Source: Sciscionella sp. | Lineage (GTDB): Bacteria; Actinomycetota; Actinomycetes; Mycobacteriales; Pseudonocardiaceae | Direction of reading: 5' to 3' | DNA: 53,071 nt | NCBI GenBank assembly: GCA_050700995.1 | Contig: JBOHEL010000001.1 | Span: 1-53,071, forward strand | Shown here: in pieces, positions 26,649 to 35,516 of the stretch | Layout: every line of letters starts with the position of its first letter | Position numbering within the stretch: the stretch's first letter is position 1 | The notes under the pieces: generated by a model | What the model saw: the letters and a program-made list of their open reading frames with translations, nothing else | What the model was told of the DNA's origin: nothing | Database searches by the model: none | Program-made: the position numbers and the translations under genes

Positions 26649-28196
26649 TTAGCTTTGTCCTGGGGTGTGGGTTCCTGGGCAGGTGCCCGCGGCGCCGGGG
26701 TGGCCGCCTTTGGGGCAGGTGAGGGTAGTTTTCGGAGCCGTGGGTAGCGGCATCGGCGGTTGGGGTTTTTGGGTGAAGTTGAAGTCGGTGGTGAGGTTGC
26801 CGAGGATTTTCGTGTTCTCGCGGACGGTGGGGCGGGGGTCGGGGCGGCCGTCGGTTTTCGGGTCCAGCCGGGCACCTCCGAGGAAGTCGTCTTCGATGAA
26901 TTTCAGGTAGGCGTCATAGGACAGCGTTTGGTGATCAACATACCCGGGTTTGGCATACGGGCTGATGGCCAGGGCCGGCACCCGGATGCCGTAGCCGAGG
27001 TTATCGGGGGTGGGCGGGTTGACGTGGTCGTAGAACCCGCCCCAGTCGTCCCAGGTGAGGAAGATCGCGGTGGAGTTCCAGTCCGGGCTGCGCATCACTT
27101 CGTTGACGATGTTGGTCACGTAGGACTGCCCGACGGAAACCAGCGCCGGGGGGTGCTCGCTGTGGTAGGGGTTGGGCAGCAGCCACGACACCGCCGGTAG
27201 CGTGCCAGCCTTGGCGACCTCGGCGAACGCGGATTGGTCCTGGATGTTGTTCATCTGCTGGTCGTGGTGCACGTCGGTGAACCCTGGCAGCACGTTCCAG
27301 ATCTTCGGGACCTGCCCGTTGGCCTGCCGGTTACCATGCTTGTGCTTCTTCGTGCCATCACCGGGGGCTGCGGGCGCCTGCGAGTGAGGCACCTTGGAGA
27401 CCTTGGTGTCATCGGGCAGCGCCCCGTGATCCAGGTACCACCCCCAGGACACATGATGCTGGGCCAATAGGTAGGTCAAGTCAGTCCACCCGAACGGGGT
27501 CGGCTTCTTCTGGGTGCGGTCCTTGGGCATCACCGCGCTCTTACAGGTTAATGGCTGCTGCGGATTGGTGCAGTCGGCCGACCACCCGGAGACCAGGTAC
27601 AGGTGCGACGGGAAGCTCCAGGAGTGCACCGACTCGAACATGTGGTCCTGCAGCACCCCGTGTTTCGCGTAGGCCCAGTAGTTGGGGATGTCGCCACCGT
27701 TGTGATACCCCATCACATCGGTGGCTTTTTTCCCGTGGGTGCAGGAGGGGTTGGTCGGGTCCGCGCAGCCCTTCTTGCCCTTTTCGGCCTCGGCGATGAA
27801 CCCGTCCATTTTCCCGCCGTTGGTGTCGGCGGCCGACGAGGAGGCCACGTGCGGGCCACCCCCGTTGAGGTCGGCGTGATCCAGGTAGGGGCGCACGCAG
27901 GTGTGGTTGGCGGGATCGGGTACGCACGCGGTGGGCTGGCCGTTTGTCATCGGGATCCCGTCGGCGCCGGGGTAGGTGCCGAAATACGAGTCGAACGACC
28001 GGTTCTCCTGCATGATCACAACCACATGCTTGATTTTATGGATACCGTCGGCGGTGCTGGTCACCCCGGAGCTCGGCGCACCCGATGAGGAAGTCGGTGT
28101 GCCCGTCGTTCCGGTGGTGCACCCCGCGACCAGCACCACAGCCCCGGCCACCCCCACTACCGTCGTGCATCGCATCACCGCGGTTCGCCTCGTCAC
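26649..28196 (-). CDS. Phosphoesterase family protein (phospholipase C / AcpA acid phosphatase type), probable lipoprotein
   Basis: [28 protein letters not shown] and [12 protein letters not shown]-terminus [26 protein letters not shown] (lipobox). The start is uncertain, either GTG 28196 or ATG 28175. Confidence 0.85.
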   Translation of the reverse strand: MTRRTAVMRCTTVVGVAGAVVLVAGCTTGTTGTPTSSSGAPSSGVTSTADGIHKIKHVVVIMQENRSFDSYFGTYPGADGIPMTNGQPTACVPDPANHTCVRPYLDHADLNGGGPHVASSSAADTNGGKMDGFIAEAEKGKKGCADPTNPSCTHGKKATDVMGYHNGGDIPNYWAYAKHGVLQDHMFESVHSWSFPSHLYLVSGWSADCTNPQQPLTCKSAVMPKDRTQKKPTPFGWTDLTYLLAQHHVSWGWYLDHGALPDDTKVSKVPHSQAPAAPGDGTKKHKHGNRQANGQVPKIWNVLPGFTDVHHDQQMNNIQDQSAFAEVAKAGTLPAVSWLLPNPYHSEHPPALVSVGQSYVTNIVNEVMRSPDWNSTAIFLTWDDWGGFYDHVNPPTPDNLGYGIRVPALAISPYAKPGYVDHQTLSYDAYLKFIEDDFLGGARLDPKTDGRPDPRPTVRENTKILGNLTTDFNFTQKPQPPMPLPTAPKTTLTCPKGGHPGAAGTCPGTHTPGQS

Positions 28197-28519
28197 ACCG
28201 CGGAAGTATGGACCTATCCACGGCCGGGCAACTGAACACGGGCTGAAGATTGCCCAGGAATCCCCCGACCGTGGCGCCCGCCGCAGCCACCGACGCCAAA
28301 CAACAGGATCCGCTGCCGGACGTACCGCACGGGTCCCTTGCTGCCCTGGGCGCCGCACGGCACGCTCCGGTGCTGTAGGCGTTCCTGTCGGGGGACGGGG
28401 GACCAGACTTCACTGACCGATGTGGACGAGATGGCGCTTGCGCTGCCAGAATCGAGCAGAGAGCGACGTCTGACACGATCAGCGTGTGAGGCTCGGCCTC
28501 CCAGATGGAGCGGTCAGCG

Positions 28520-28834
28520 ATGAGCTTGCAGCGCAATACCTATACCGCCTACAGCATCGGCTGTGCCGGGGTGTGGGGCGTCATTCTCCTGCTCGGTCGC
28601 CGCCGGTTGGATGCTCAGAGCTGGTGCATGCTTCGGCTTGGGTGCGGCGGGTGGTGGATGGGATGGACGTCCGCCACCATCGCCCGGATCGGTTATCCGC
28701 CGCCCAAGCCGCTCACCCCCGTGGGCCAGAAGAGGCTCCGCGTCATCTCGATCGTGCTGGTCGCCCTCGGCCTAAGCAGTGCCGCCCGCGCACTGATCGC
28801 CGGCCGGCTCGCCCGAAACTCGCGGGACGCCTGA
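28520..28834 (+). CDS. Small membrane protein, unknown function
   Basis: MSLQRNTYTAYSIGCAGVWGVILLLGRRR...CGGWWMGWTSATIA...LRVISIVLVALGLSSAARALIAG, three hydrophobic segments. No family recognised. Confidence 0.4.
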   Translation: MSLQRNTYTAYSIGCAGVWGVILLLGRRRLDAQSWCMLRLGCGGWWMGWTSATIARIGYPPPKPLTPVGQKRLRVISIVLVALGLSSAARALIAGRLARNSRDA

Positions 28835-28931
28835 TTCTCGGCCTGGCGGCGGACCGAAAGTAGAGGCACTGCAACGATTAGCCAGGAGCATGAGGCCAGC
28901 CACGTAGCCGCCGCTCACCTCGGGAGCCGCA

Positions 28932-29258
28932 ATGACCACGGGTGGATCCAAGACCAACCGTGCACTTGACCCGCGGTTGCGGGCGGTTGTCCGCGCTAGT
29001 CGAACGGTTGACACCCACGTCAAGGAGGGCGACGCGAAGGTCTGGGGGACCGTCGAGGATGTGCACGACGAAGCACTGCATCGGCGCTATGCCGATGCAC
29101 TGTTCACCGAGACCGGTTTCGACCTACGTGGCCAGACATTCGAGCACTTCTTCCAGACCGATCTGATCGGTGCCTCAGCGGTCGCGGTCGGGGAAGGCCA
29201 TCTGGACGTGACGGTCTGGCGGGAAGGCACGCCCGAGCGGGTTGTGCGCAAGCACTGA
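28932..29258 (+). CDS. Hypothetical protein (possibly a truncated PPOX/F420-type split-barrel fragment)
   Basis: The 108-aa ORF has reasonable codon usage. The resemblance to the split-barrel family (DPRLRAV...KVWGTVEDVHDEAL) is weak. Confidence 0.3.
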   Translation: MTTGGSKTNRALDPRLRAVVRASRTVDTHVKEGDAKVWGTVEDVHDEALHRRYADALFTETGFDLRGQTFEHFFQTDLIGASAVAVGEGHLDVTVWREGTPERVVRKH

Positions 29259-29381
29259 CGACGGCCCGGCCGTGGGTGGCCGCGGTCACCCTGTTGCTTG
29301 GAAGCCGTCCTCGTTGCCCGCTCGGACCGGCAGCAACACATGCTCAAGAACCATGTAGGCATGATCCCAGGTAGTGCGTCG

Positions 29382-30383
29382 TCAGTTGTGCAGGACCGCC
29401 GCGCCGGAGAAACGGCCGTGGGCGAGGTCGGTGAGGGCTTGGGGAGCGTCGGCCATCGCGTACCCCGTCGTGGTGGCGCGCACTGCGAACCGTTCGGCCA
29501 GGCGGAGGAACTGCTCACCGTCGGCGCGGGTGTTCGCGGTGACGCTGCGCACCACTCGTTCCCCGAACAACTCGGTGGCGTAACTCAGCGCCGGTATGTC
29601 CGTGAGGTGTATGCCTGCGATCGCCAGCGTCGCGCCACGGTCGAGTGCTCGCAGGGCGACCGGAACAAGGTCACCGACCGGGGCGAAGAGGATCGCGGCG
29701 TCCAGCTTCTCCGGCGGATCGTCCGTGCTGGCACCGACTGAATCGACACCCAGCTCTTTCGCCAGCCGCTGGTTTCCCGCTGACCGGGTCATGACATGGA
29801 CGCGAGCCCCCTCGTGCAGCGCGATCTGAGCGGTGAGGTGCGCGCTCCCACCGAAGCCGTAGATGCCGAGGCGTCCGCCGGCCGGCACGGACGCGCAGCG
29901 CAGGGCCCGGTAGCCAATGATCCCGGCGCACAGCAGCGGCGCGGCCTGCTCGTCGTCGAGACCGTCGGGCAGCGCGTAGGCGTAGGCCTCGTCAGCCAGG
30001 CACATGTCGGCGTAGCCGCCGTCCACATCCCAGCCGGTGAATATGGGGGCCAGGCAGAGATTTTCCCGCCCGCTACGGCAGTAGCGGCAGCTGCCGTCCG
30101 TCCCGCCAAGCCACGGCACACCGATGCGGCGGCCAATCTCGAAACGCGCCGCGCCGACTCCTCGCGCATCGACCACTCCAACGATTTCGTGGCCGGGTGT
30201 GACGTGCGGTCTCTTGGGCGTGAGATCGCCTTCGACAAGGTGCAGATCGGTCCGGCAGACCCCGCAGCAGCGGATCCGAACCCGCAGCTGCCCAGGCCCA
30301 GGCTCGGGCACGTCCCGGTCCATGCGGACCAGCGGGCCCTCGTCGACGGGGCCAGGAAGGTCGATCACACCCCACGCGCTCAT
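29382..30383 (-). CDS. Zinc-dependent alcohol dehydrogenase
   Basis: ATG at 30383. Contains CCGVCRTDLHLVEGDL, PGHEIVGVV and GIYGFGGSAHL (Rossmann fold). Confidence 0.9.
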   Translation of the reverse strand: MSAWGVIDLPGPVDEGPLVRMDRDVPEPGPGQLRVRIRCCGVCRTDLHLVEGDLTPKRPHVTPGHEIVGVVDARGVGAARFEIGRRIGVPWLGGTDGSCRYCRSGRENLCLAPIFTGWDVDGGYADMCLADEAYAYALPDGLDDEQAAPLLCAGIIGYRALRCASVPAGGRLGIYGFGGSAHLTAQIALHEGARVHVMTRSAGNQRLAKELGVDSVGASTDDPPEKLDAAILFAPVGDLVPVALRALDRGATLAIAGIHLTDIPALSYATELFGERVVRSVTANTRADGEQFLRLAERFAVRATTTGYAMADAPQALTDLAHGRFSGAAVLHN

Positions 30384-30489
30384 GCTCACGGCTCGATCAT
30401 CGCAGCACACACACCGAACGGCGACCGTGATTGAGCCCATTCGTCGACATCTCTGAAGTGTTGGCCGGCCTGGCCCCGCGGTGTGACGC

Positions 30490-30958
30490 TCAGATTCGAC
30501 GTGCTCGGGCGAGCCATGCGAACACGTGGACCAGCGCGCCGGGCGCGGTCGCGCGACGCAGGTTGTGCCCATACGGGGCGCGGTCCTCATGGTCGAAAAT
30601 GTGGAATAGTGCGCTGTCGAGGATCGTGTCGTAGCTGGGGTCGGTGCTCAACGCGAGCGCGTCGGCGACGTCGAACCCGGGCCGCCACGTCGCGCGCGGC
30701 AGCGAGGGCGCGGGCCTGTTCGATAGCTTGCGGCGAGGAGTCGATGCCGTGGACGTCGTAGCCAAGCGCGGTGAGGTGGATGGTGTGTTCTCCGGTACCG
30801 CCCCCGGAGTCGAGTACCTTGCCGCGGATCCAGCCCGCACCTTCCAGCGCGACGATGGCAGGCCGCGGTTCGCCGATCACCCATGGGGCGGCATCAGCGA
30901 GGTATGTGTCGTCGAACGTCGAACGCACCGGGGTCGGATCTTCGGAAGTTGAGGCCAT
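30490..30958 (-). pseudogene. Class I SAM-dependent methyltransferase, frameshifted
   Basis: ORF 30587..30979 carries VLDSGGGTGEHTIHLTALGYDVHGIDSSPQAIEQARALAAARDV. The continuation FDVADALALSTDPSYDTILDSALFHIFDHEDRAPY is in the frame of ORF 30490..30840. The junction is at CCCGGG 30676-30681. The C-terminus may also be damaged. Confidence 0.65.
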
Positions 30959-31456
30959 AACCTGACCGTAGAAGTTCAAGTGCGGTGTAGGTCAAGCCAA
31001 GCCGGCCCTGTGTCACCGCTTGCCACTACTGGCGCCCGCTCCGTAGATCAGGGGCAACCTCCAGGTGACCACCGATGCCTGTAGTTCGCACTGGTTATCA
31101 CGCAGATGGCGGTTGGTGGTGCCAGGGCGTTGGCGGTTCACATCGCGCTCGGGGTCGCGTTGTTCGGTATGGCGTTGCTGTTCGCCAGGTGGGTCTGTTC
31201 GGAGCAGGGTGGCACATTGCACGGGCGGGCGCCCCGATGAAACCGGCGCCACTTCCTCGGCGCCAGTTGTGTCGCCGTTGCCGCCGGTGCCGCCGCCGGC
31301 TGCGGTAACGGCGGCGTCGGCGGGTGTGCTGACCGGTTCGGCGCCGGTCCCGCCCGCGTTCGAGGCGCCGCTGCCGATACCGCCGGATTCGACCCCGGTG
31401 CTGGCCCCAGTCGTCGCATGCCGATCTTGACGGGGTGCCGCGTTATCGTCGGCGCC

Positions 31457-31756
31457 ATGATTCGAGTCGCACGCTACGCGAAGTTCGTGGCCAACGAAGG
31501 TCGCGGCAAGGAGTTGGCGGCACTGCTGCTGGCAGCCGCCGATGGCCTCGCCTGCGACGAAGGATGTGAGCTGTACCTAGTCAATCGTCAGACCGACGCG
31601 CCGGATGTCGTCTGGGTGACCGAACTGTGGCGCAGCCAGCACGACCTTGACGCAACTCTGCAACAGATCAGCGGCAGCAGCGACGTCGCAGCGGTGCAGG
31701 CCCTTGTCACGTCGACGGAAATGATCAGGCTGGAGCTTCTCGGTGGCAAGGGGTAA
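31457..31756 (+). CDS. Antibiotic-biosynthesis-monooxygenase (ABM) family protein
   Basis: MIRVARYAKFVANEGRGKELAALLL...VVWVTELWRSQHDLDATL, 99 aa, of ferredoxin-like ABM size and pattern. Confidence 0.65.
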   Translation: MIRVARYAKFVANEGRGKELAALLLAAADGLACDEGCELYLVNRQTDAPDVVWVTELWRSQHDLDATLQQISGSSDVAAVQALVTSTEMIRLELLGGKG

Positions 31757-32051
31757 TGCGGCTGCGGCGAGGTGTTCCAGCGGCAAGGTCACGCCGCCTA
31801 TACAGCAGCCCGCTCGGCCAGCCATGCGTTGATTTCGATGCCGGCGAGGTAGCCGTGGCGGTTTCGAGGAGCACGTCGATCTCGGGCCTGCCGCCATGCA
31901 AGCGCACGTGATGTGCCCTGGTTCGGCGTTCGGCGACGTCAAGGAAGGGGTTCGCCACGGGCAGTACCCTCAATCCGTTCCTTCGCCCCGTCGGCATCTG
32001 TAAGCGGTGTGAAGGTCGAGCGGCGAGCGCAGGCGGCTCGGGTGGGGCGGA

Positions 32052-32675
32052 TCACGGTCCAGCAGGATCGCCCTCGGCAGGCACTGCGATCGCGCAGGTG
32101 ATGGTGCTCGCGATCTGGCGTCCAAGTTCCTCGGGGCTGGCCTTGCCAGTCGGCCGGTACCACTTGTAGCACCAGTTGGCCGCGCCCAGGCACATGTTCA
32201 CGTAGACCTTGGGCGTGATGCCGGGCAGCAGCCGTGGGTGCTTGGCGAGGTGTCGCAGCACCGCGTCGAGGAAGAGGTCTTCGAAGGCGTGCCTGCGCGC
32301 CAACACTTCTCCGGCAAGTTTGGCAGGCAATTCGTGCTCTTCCTCGAAACACACCTTGAGCAGTGCCTGGTTCCGGCAGGTGTAGGCGACCCTGGAGGCG
32401 ATGAGGTCGCGGATCGCGTCCAGCGGCGTCTCGGCTGCGGCGACCGTGCTGCGCGCCATCTCAAGGCTCTCGTCGAGCACATCGGAGTAGAGCCGGACCA
32501 GCAGCTCTTCCTTGCTGCGGAAGTAGTGGTAGAGCGTCGGCTTCGACAATCCGACCGCGGCCGCGATCTCGTTCATCGACGTCGCCCGGAAGCCTCGCCT
32601 GCTGAAAATCCCAGCCGAGATGGAGAGCACGCGCAGCCGCTGCGTGTCGGCCCGACTCAATGTGGTGTCGGTCAT
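32052..32675 (-). CDS. TetR/AcrR family repressor, divergent from the acyl-CoA operon (BkaR-like position)
   Basis: RVLSISAGIFSRRGFRATSMNEIAAAVGLSKPTLYHYFRSKEELL. Confidence 0.9.
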   Translation of the reverse strand: MTDTTLSRADTQRLRVLSISAGIFSRRGFRATSMNEIAAAVGLSKPTLYHYFRSKEELLVRLYSDVLDESLEMARSTVAAAETPLDAIRDLIASRVAYTCRNQALLKVCFEEEHELPAKLAGEVLARRHAFEDLFLDAVLRHLAKHPRLLPGITPKVYVNMCLGAANWCYKWYRPTGKASPEELGRQIASTITCAIAVPAEGDPAGP

Positions 32676-32762
32676 GCGGTCCCTTCACATCGGGCTGCGA
32701 CCCGACGCCAACACGGCAGCAGTGGCGGGGGCTTGACAGCTGTGGTGAAGTGCATCCTAGAC

Positions 32763-32784
32763 TTCGACCGTCCGGTCGGTCGAA
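32763..32784. promoter_or_regulatory. Candidate TetR operator dyad
   Basis: TTCGACCG-tccggt-CGGTCGAA, perfect 8-bp arms. It lies between a TTGACA (32733-32738)/TAGACT (32758-32763) promoter-like pair and the RBS of the ACAD gene. Confidence 0.35.
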
Positions 32785-32799
32785 TAGCAGGAGGCGCCG

Positions 32800-33939
32800 G
32801 TGAGCTGGGAGCTTGACGACGAGCACCGCGACTTCCGCGTCACGTGTCGCGCGTTCACCGACCGGCAGGTCCGCCCGCTCGTGGACGGCGCCGAAGCCGC
32901 GGGTGCCTTCCCAGGCGAGCTGTGGAAACAGCTCGGGTCGGCGGGGTTGCTCGGCCTCACCACTCCACCTGAATGCGGTGGGGCGGGTGGCGACGCGCTG
33001 GCGGTGGCCCTGCTTGCCGAGGAACTCTCAAGGGCCAGTGGCGGTATCGCGGTCACAGCGCTTGTCAGCGCCTACATGGCAGGCCCGCACATCGCCAGGC
33101 ACGGTACTGCCGAGCAGCAGCGGCGCTGGCTCGCGCCGCTGGCGGCAGGCGAGGCGGTCGCGGCGATCGCCGTGACGGAGCCCGGCGCCGGGTCCGACGT
33201 CGCCGGGATCACCACCACGGCCCGCCGAACGCCCGACGGTTGGCTGCTCGATGGTCAGAAGATGTTCATCACGAACGCAGGCCTCGCCGACGTGTTCGTG
33301 GTGGCCGCCCGATCGGGTGGGCCGGGGTACGGCGGCATCACGCTGTTCCTCGTCGAGCGTGGCACACCGGGGCTGTCGTTCGGGCAACCGCTGGTGAAGA
33401 TGGGCTGGCACTCCTCCGACACCCGCGAGGTGGTGCTCGACGATGTCCTCGTTGCGGCCGACGCCGTACTCGGCACCGAGGATCGCGGTTTCCACCAGAT
33501 CATGGAGGGCTTCCAGCTTGAGCGGGTAGCGCTCGCGGCGATGGGGCTGGGGCATGCCGCCGAGTGCTTCGACCTTGCCTGTGGCTATGTCCGTGACAGG
33601 GAGGCCTTCGGCGCTCCGCTGGCTCACCTGCAGACCGTCCGGCACCGCATCGCTGCGATGGAGGTCGAGTTGGAGGCGGCGCGGCTGGTCACCTACCAGG
33701 CTGCCGTGCGCCTCGATTCCGGTCATCCCGAGGCCGCCCGGTCGGTGGCGCGCGCCAAGTACCTCGCGGCGGTGGCCGCGAACCACCTCGTGGACGACGC
33801 CGTGCAACTGTTCGGCGGCGCCGGCTTCCTTGAGGAGTCGGCCGTTGCCCGCCACTACCGCGACGCGCGGATCCTGCGCATCGGCGGCGGTACCGACGAA
33901 GTCCAGCTTGAGATCCTCACCAGGGCGATGGCGTCGTGA
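32800..33939 (+). CDS. Acyl-CoA dehydrogenase (isovaleryl-CoA dehydrogenase candidate)
   Basis: AIAVTEPGAGSDVAGITTTARRTPDGWLLDGQKMFITNAG and the C-terminal RILRIGGGTDEVQ. Confidence 0.88.
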   Translation: MSWELDDEHRDFRVTCRAFTDRQVRPLVDGAEAAGAFPGELWKQLGSAGLLGLTTPPECGGAGGDALAVALLAEELSRASGGIAVTALVSAYMAGPHIARHGTAEQQRRWLAPLAAGEAVAAIAVTEPGAGSDVAGITTTARRTPDGWLLDGQKMFITNAGLADVFVVAARSGGPGYGGITLFLVERGTPGLSFGQPLVKMGWHSSDTREVVLDDVLVAADAVLGTEDRGFHQIMEGFQLERVALAAMGLGHAAECFDLACGYVRDREAFGAPLAHLQTVRHRIAAMEVELEAARLVTYQAAVRLDSGHPEAARSVARAKYLAAVAANHLVDDAVQLFGGAGFLEESAVARHYRDARILRIGGGTDEVQLEILTRAMAS

Positions 33940-35489
33940 CCGCCACGGTGTCCCCCCGGCCCGATGCCGCCGACGCCGCGCCCGGTCCCGGCGAGGTGGT
34001 GAGCGCCCAGGAACAGGCCCGCCGCGGTGGCGACCCGGCGCGCTGGCCGGAGAAGCTGCCGGTCCGCGATCGGCTGTCCGTGCTGTTCGACTCGGGCACC
34101 TTCGTCGAGGACGGGTTGCTTGCGACGGCTTCGGACGCGCGACTACCGGCCGACGGCGTGATCACCGGCGTCGGCAGGGTGCAGGGGCGCCCGGTCGCCG
34201 TCATCGCCCACGACTTCACGGTCAAGGCAGGCTCCTGGGGCGAGCTGACCTGTGAAAAGCAGATCCGCATCCTGGAGAGGGCCGACCGTGACCTGCTGCC
34301 CGTCGTGTACCTGGTCGACTCCGCAGGGGGGCGGCTCACCGACCAGATGGGCTTCTTTCCCGGTCGTCGCGGTGCGTCAGCCATTTTTCAGCTGCAGGTG
34401 AAGCTGTCGGGCCGAGTGCCACAGCTGTGCTGCCTGCACGGGCCGAGCGCAGCGGGTGGCGCGTATATGCCCGCGTTCTGCGACTGGGTGGGGATGGTCG
34501 CGGGCCAGGGATCGATGTACCTTGCCAGCCCTCGGGTGGCGGAGAAGGTCACCGGCGAGCGCACCACGCTGGAGGAAATGGGCGGGGCCATGATGCACGC
34601 CGCGGTCTCCGGCTGTGGCGACGAGGTGTTCGACGCGGATTGGGAGGCGGTCGCCGCCGCCCGGTTGCTGCTGTCCTACCTACCCGATGACTTCCGCGGC
34701 CGTCCGCCGCGCCGAGAGCCGGTCGAACCAGTGCGCGCGGATTGGGACGAACTCGTCCCTGCCGACCCCAACGTGTCCTACGACGTGCGCGAGGTCGTCG
34801 ACAGGCTCGTCGATGCGGGCACCTTCTTCGAAATCAAGGCCCGATGGGCGCAGGAGATGGTGGTCGGTTTCGCCCGGCTCGACGGCGGTGTGGTTGGCAT
34901 CGTGGCGAACCAGCCGAGTGTGCGCAGCGGGGCGATCTTCGTGGACTCGGCCGACAAGGCCGCCCGGTTCATCTCGCTGTGCGACGCCTTCAACATCCCG
35001 CTGCTTTTCTTACAGGACGTCCCCGGCTTCATGGTCGGGGTCGAGGTCGAGCGGCAGGGCATCATCCGCCACGGCGCCAAGATGATCGCGGCGATGGCGT
35101 CGGCGGAGGTGCCGAAGTACACGGTGGTGCTGCGCAAGGCCTACGCGGCCGGCTACTACGCGATGTGCGCCCCCGGCTTCGAACCTCGCGCGACGCTCGC
35201 GCTTCCAGGCGCGACGATCGGTCCGATGTCGGCCGAAGCGTCGGTCAACGCCGTGTACGCCAACAAGATCGCCGCGATTCAGGACGACGCCGAGCGTGCC
35301 GAGTTCGTCGCGGCGCGCACGGTCGAGCAGCAGGCGGACCTCAACCTGCTGCGGATGGGCAGCGACCTCGTGGTGGACGCGGTCGTGCCGCCGGAGGCGC
35401 TGCGGGCCGAGCTTGCCGCTCGGATGGTCGACGCCGAGGGCTGGTCCCGCACACCGGGGCGCCGTCACCACCTGATCAGTCCGGTGTAA
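33936..35489 (+). CDS. Acyl-CoA carboxylase carboxyltransferase (beta) subunit (methylcrotonyl-CoA carboxylase candidate)
   Basis: The start forms a GTGA overlap with the ACAD stop. The length and motifs fit a carboxyl_trans domain: GVITGVGRVQGRPVAVIAHDFTVKAGSWG and VGIVANQP...GAIFVDSADKAARFISLCDAFNIPLLFLQDVPGFMVG. Confidence 0.88.
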   Translation: MTATVSPRPDAADAAPGPGEVVSAQEQARRGGDPARWPEKLPVRDRLSVLFDSGTFVEDGLLATASDARLPADGVITGVGRVQGRPVAVIAHDFTVKAGSWGELTCEKQIRILERADRDLLPVVYLVDSAGGRLTDQMGFFPGRRGASAIFQLQVKLSGRVPQLCCLHGPSAAGGAYMPAFCDWVGMVAGQGSMYLASPRVAEKVTGERTTLEEMGGAMMHAAVSGCGDEVFDADWEAVAAARLLLSYLPDDFRGRPPRREPVEPVRADWDELVPADPNVSYDVREVVDRLVDAGTFFEIKARWAQEMVVGFARLDGGVVGIVANQPSVRSGAIFVDSADKAARFISLCDAFNIPLLFLQDVPGFMVGVEVERQGIIRHGAKMIAAMASAEVPKYTVVLRKAYAAGYYAMCAPGFEPRATLALPGATIGPMSAEASVNAVYANKIAAIQDDAERAEFVAARTVEQQADLNLLRMGSDLVVDAVVPPEALRAELAARMVDAEGWSRTPGRRHHLISPV

Positions 35490-35516
35490 TGCCGCTTCCG
35501 TTTGAGGAGGACAACG

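Noticed and set aside
28197-28520. A PHO-box-like GTTCAGT unit upstream of the phosphoesterase gene, which would suggest PhoP control.
   Set aside because: Only a single imperfect 7-mer is present, with no adjacent 11-nt direct-repeat unit. The evidence is insufficient.
31013-31456. A minus-strand Gly/Thr/Ala-rich frame (…GASTGVESGGIGSGASNAGGTGAEPVSTPADAAVTAAGGGTGGNGDTTGAEE…) with high GC3.
   Set aside because: It has no start codon upstream of the low-complexity part; the first start is the GTG at 31252. The downstream part is not protein-like. The plus-strand reading with an N-terminal anchor is at least as plausible. I left it unresolved.
31757-32051. Possible gene remnant on the minus strand. 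The fragments ...ANPFLDVAERRTRAHHVRLHGGRPEIDVLLETATA and GYLAGIEINAWLAERAAV* are in different frames.
   Set aside because: I recognised no family and the fragments are short. It could simply be intergenic sequence, and it is not reportable without BLASTX.
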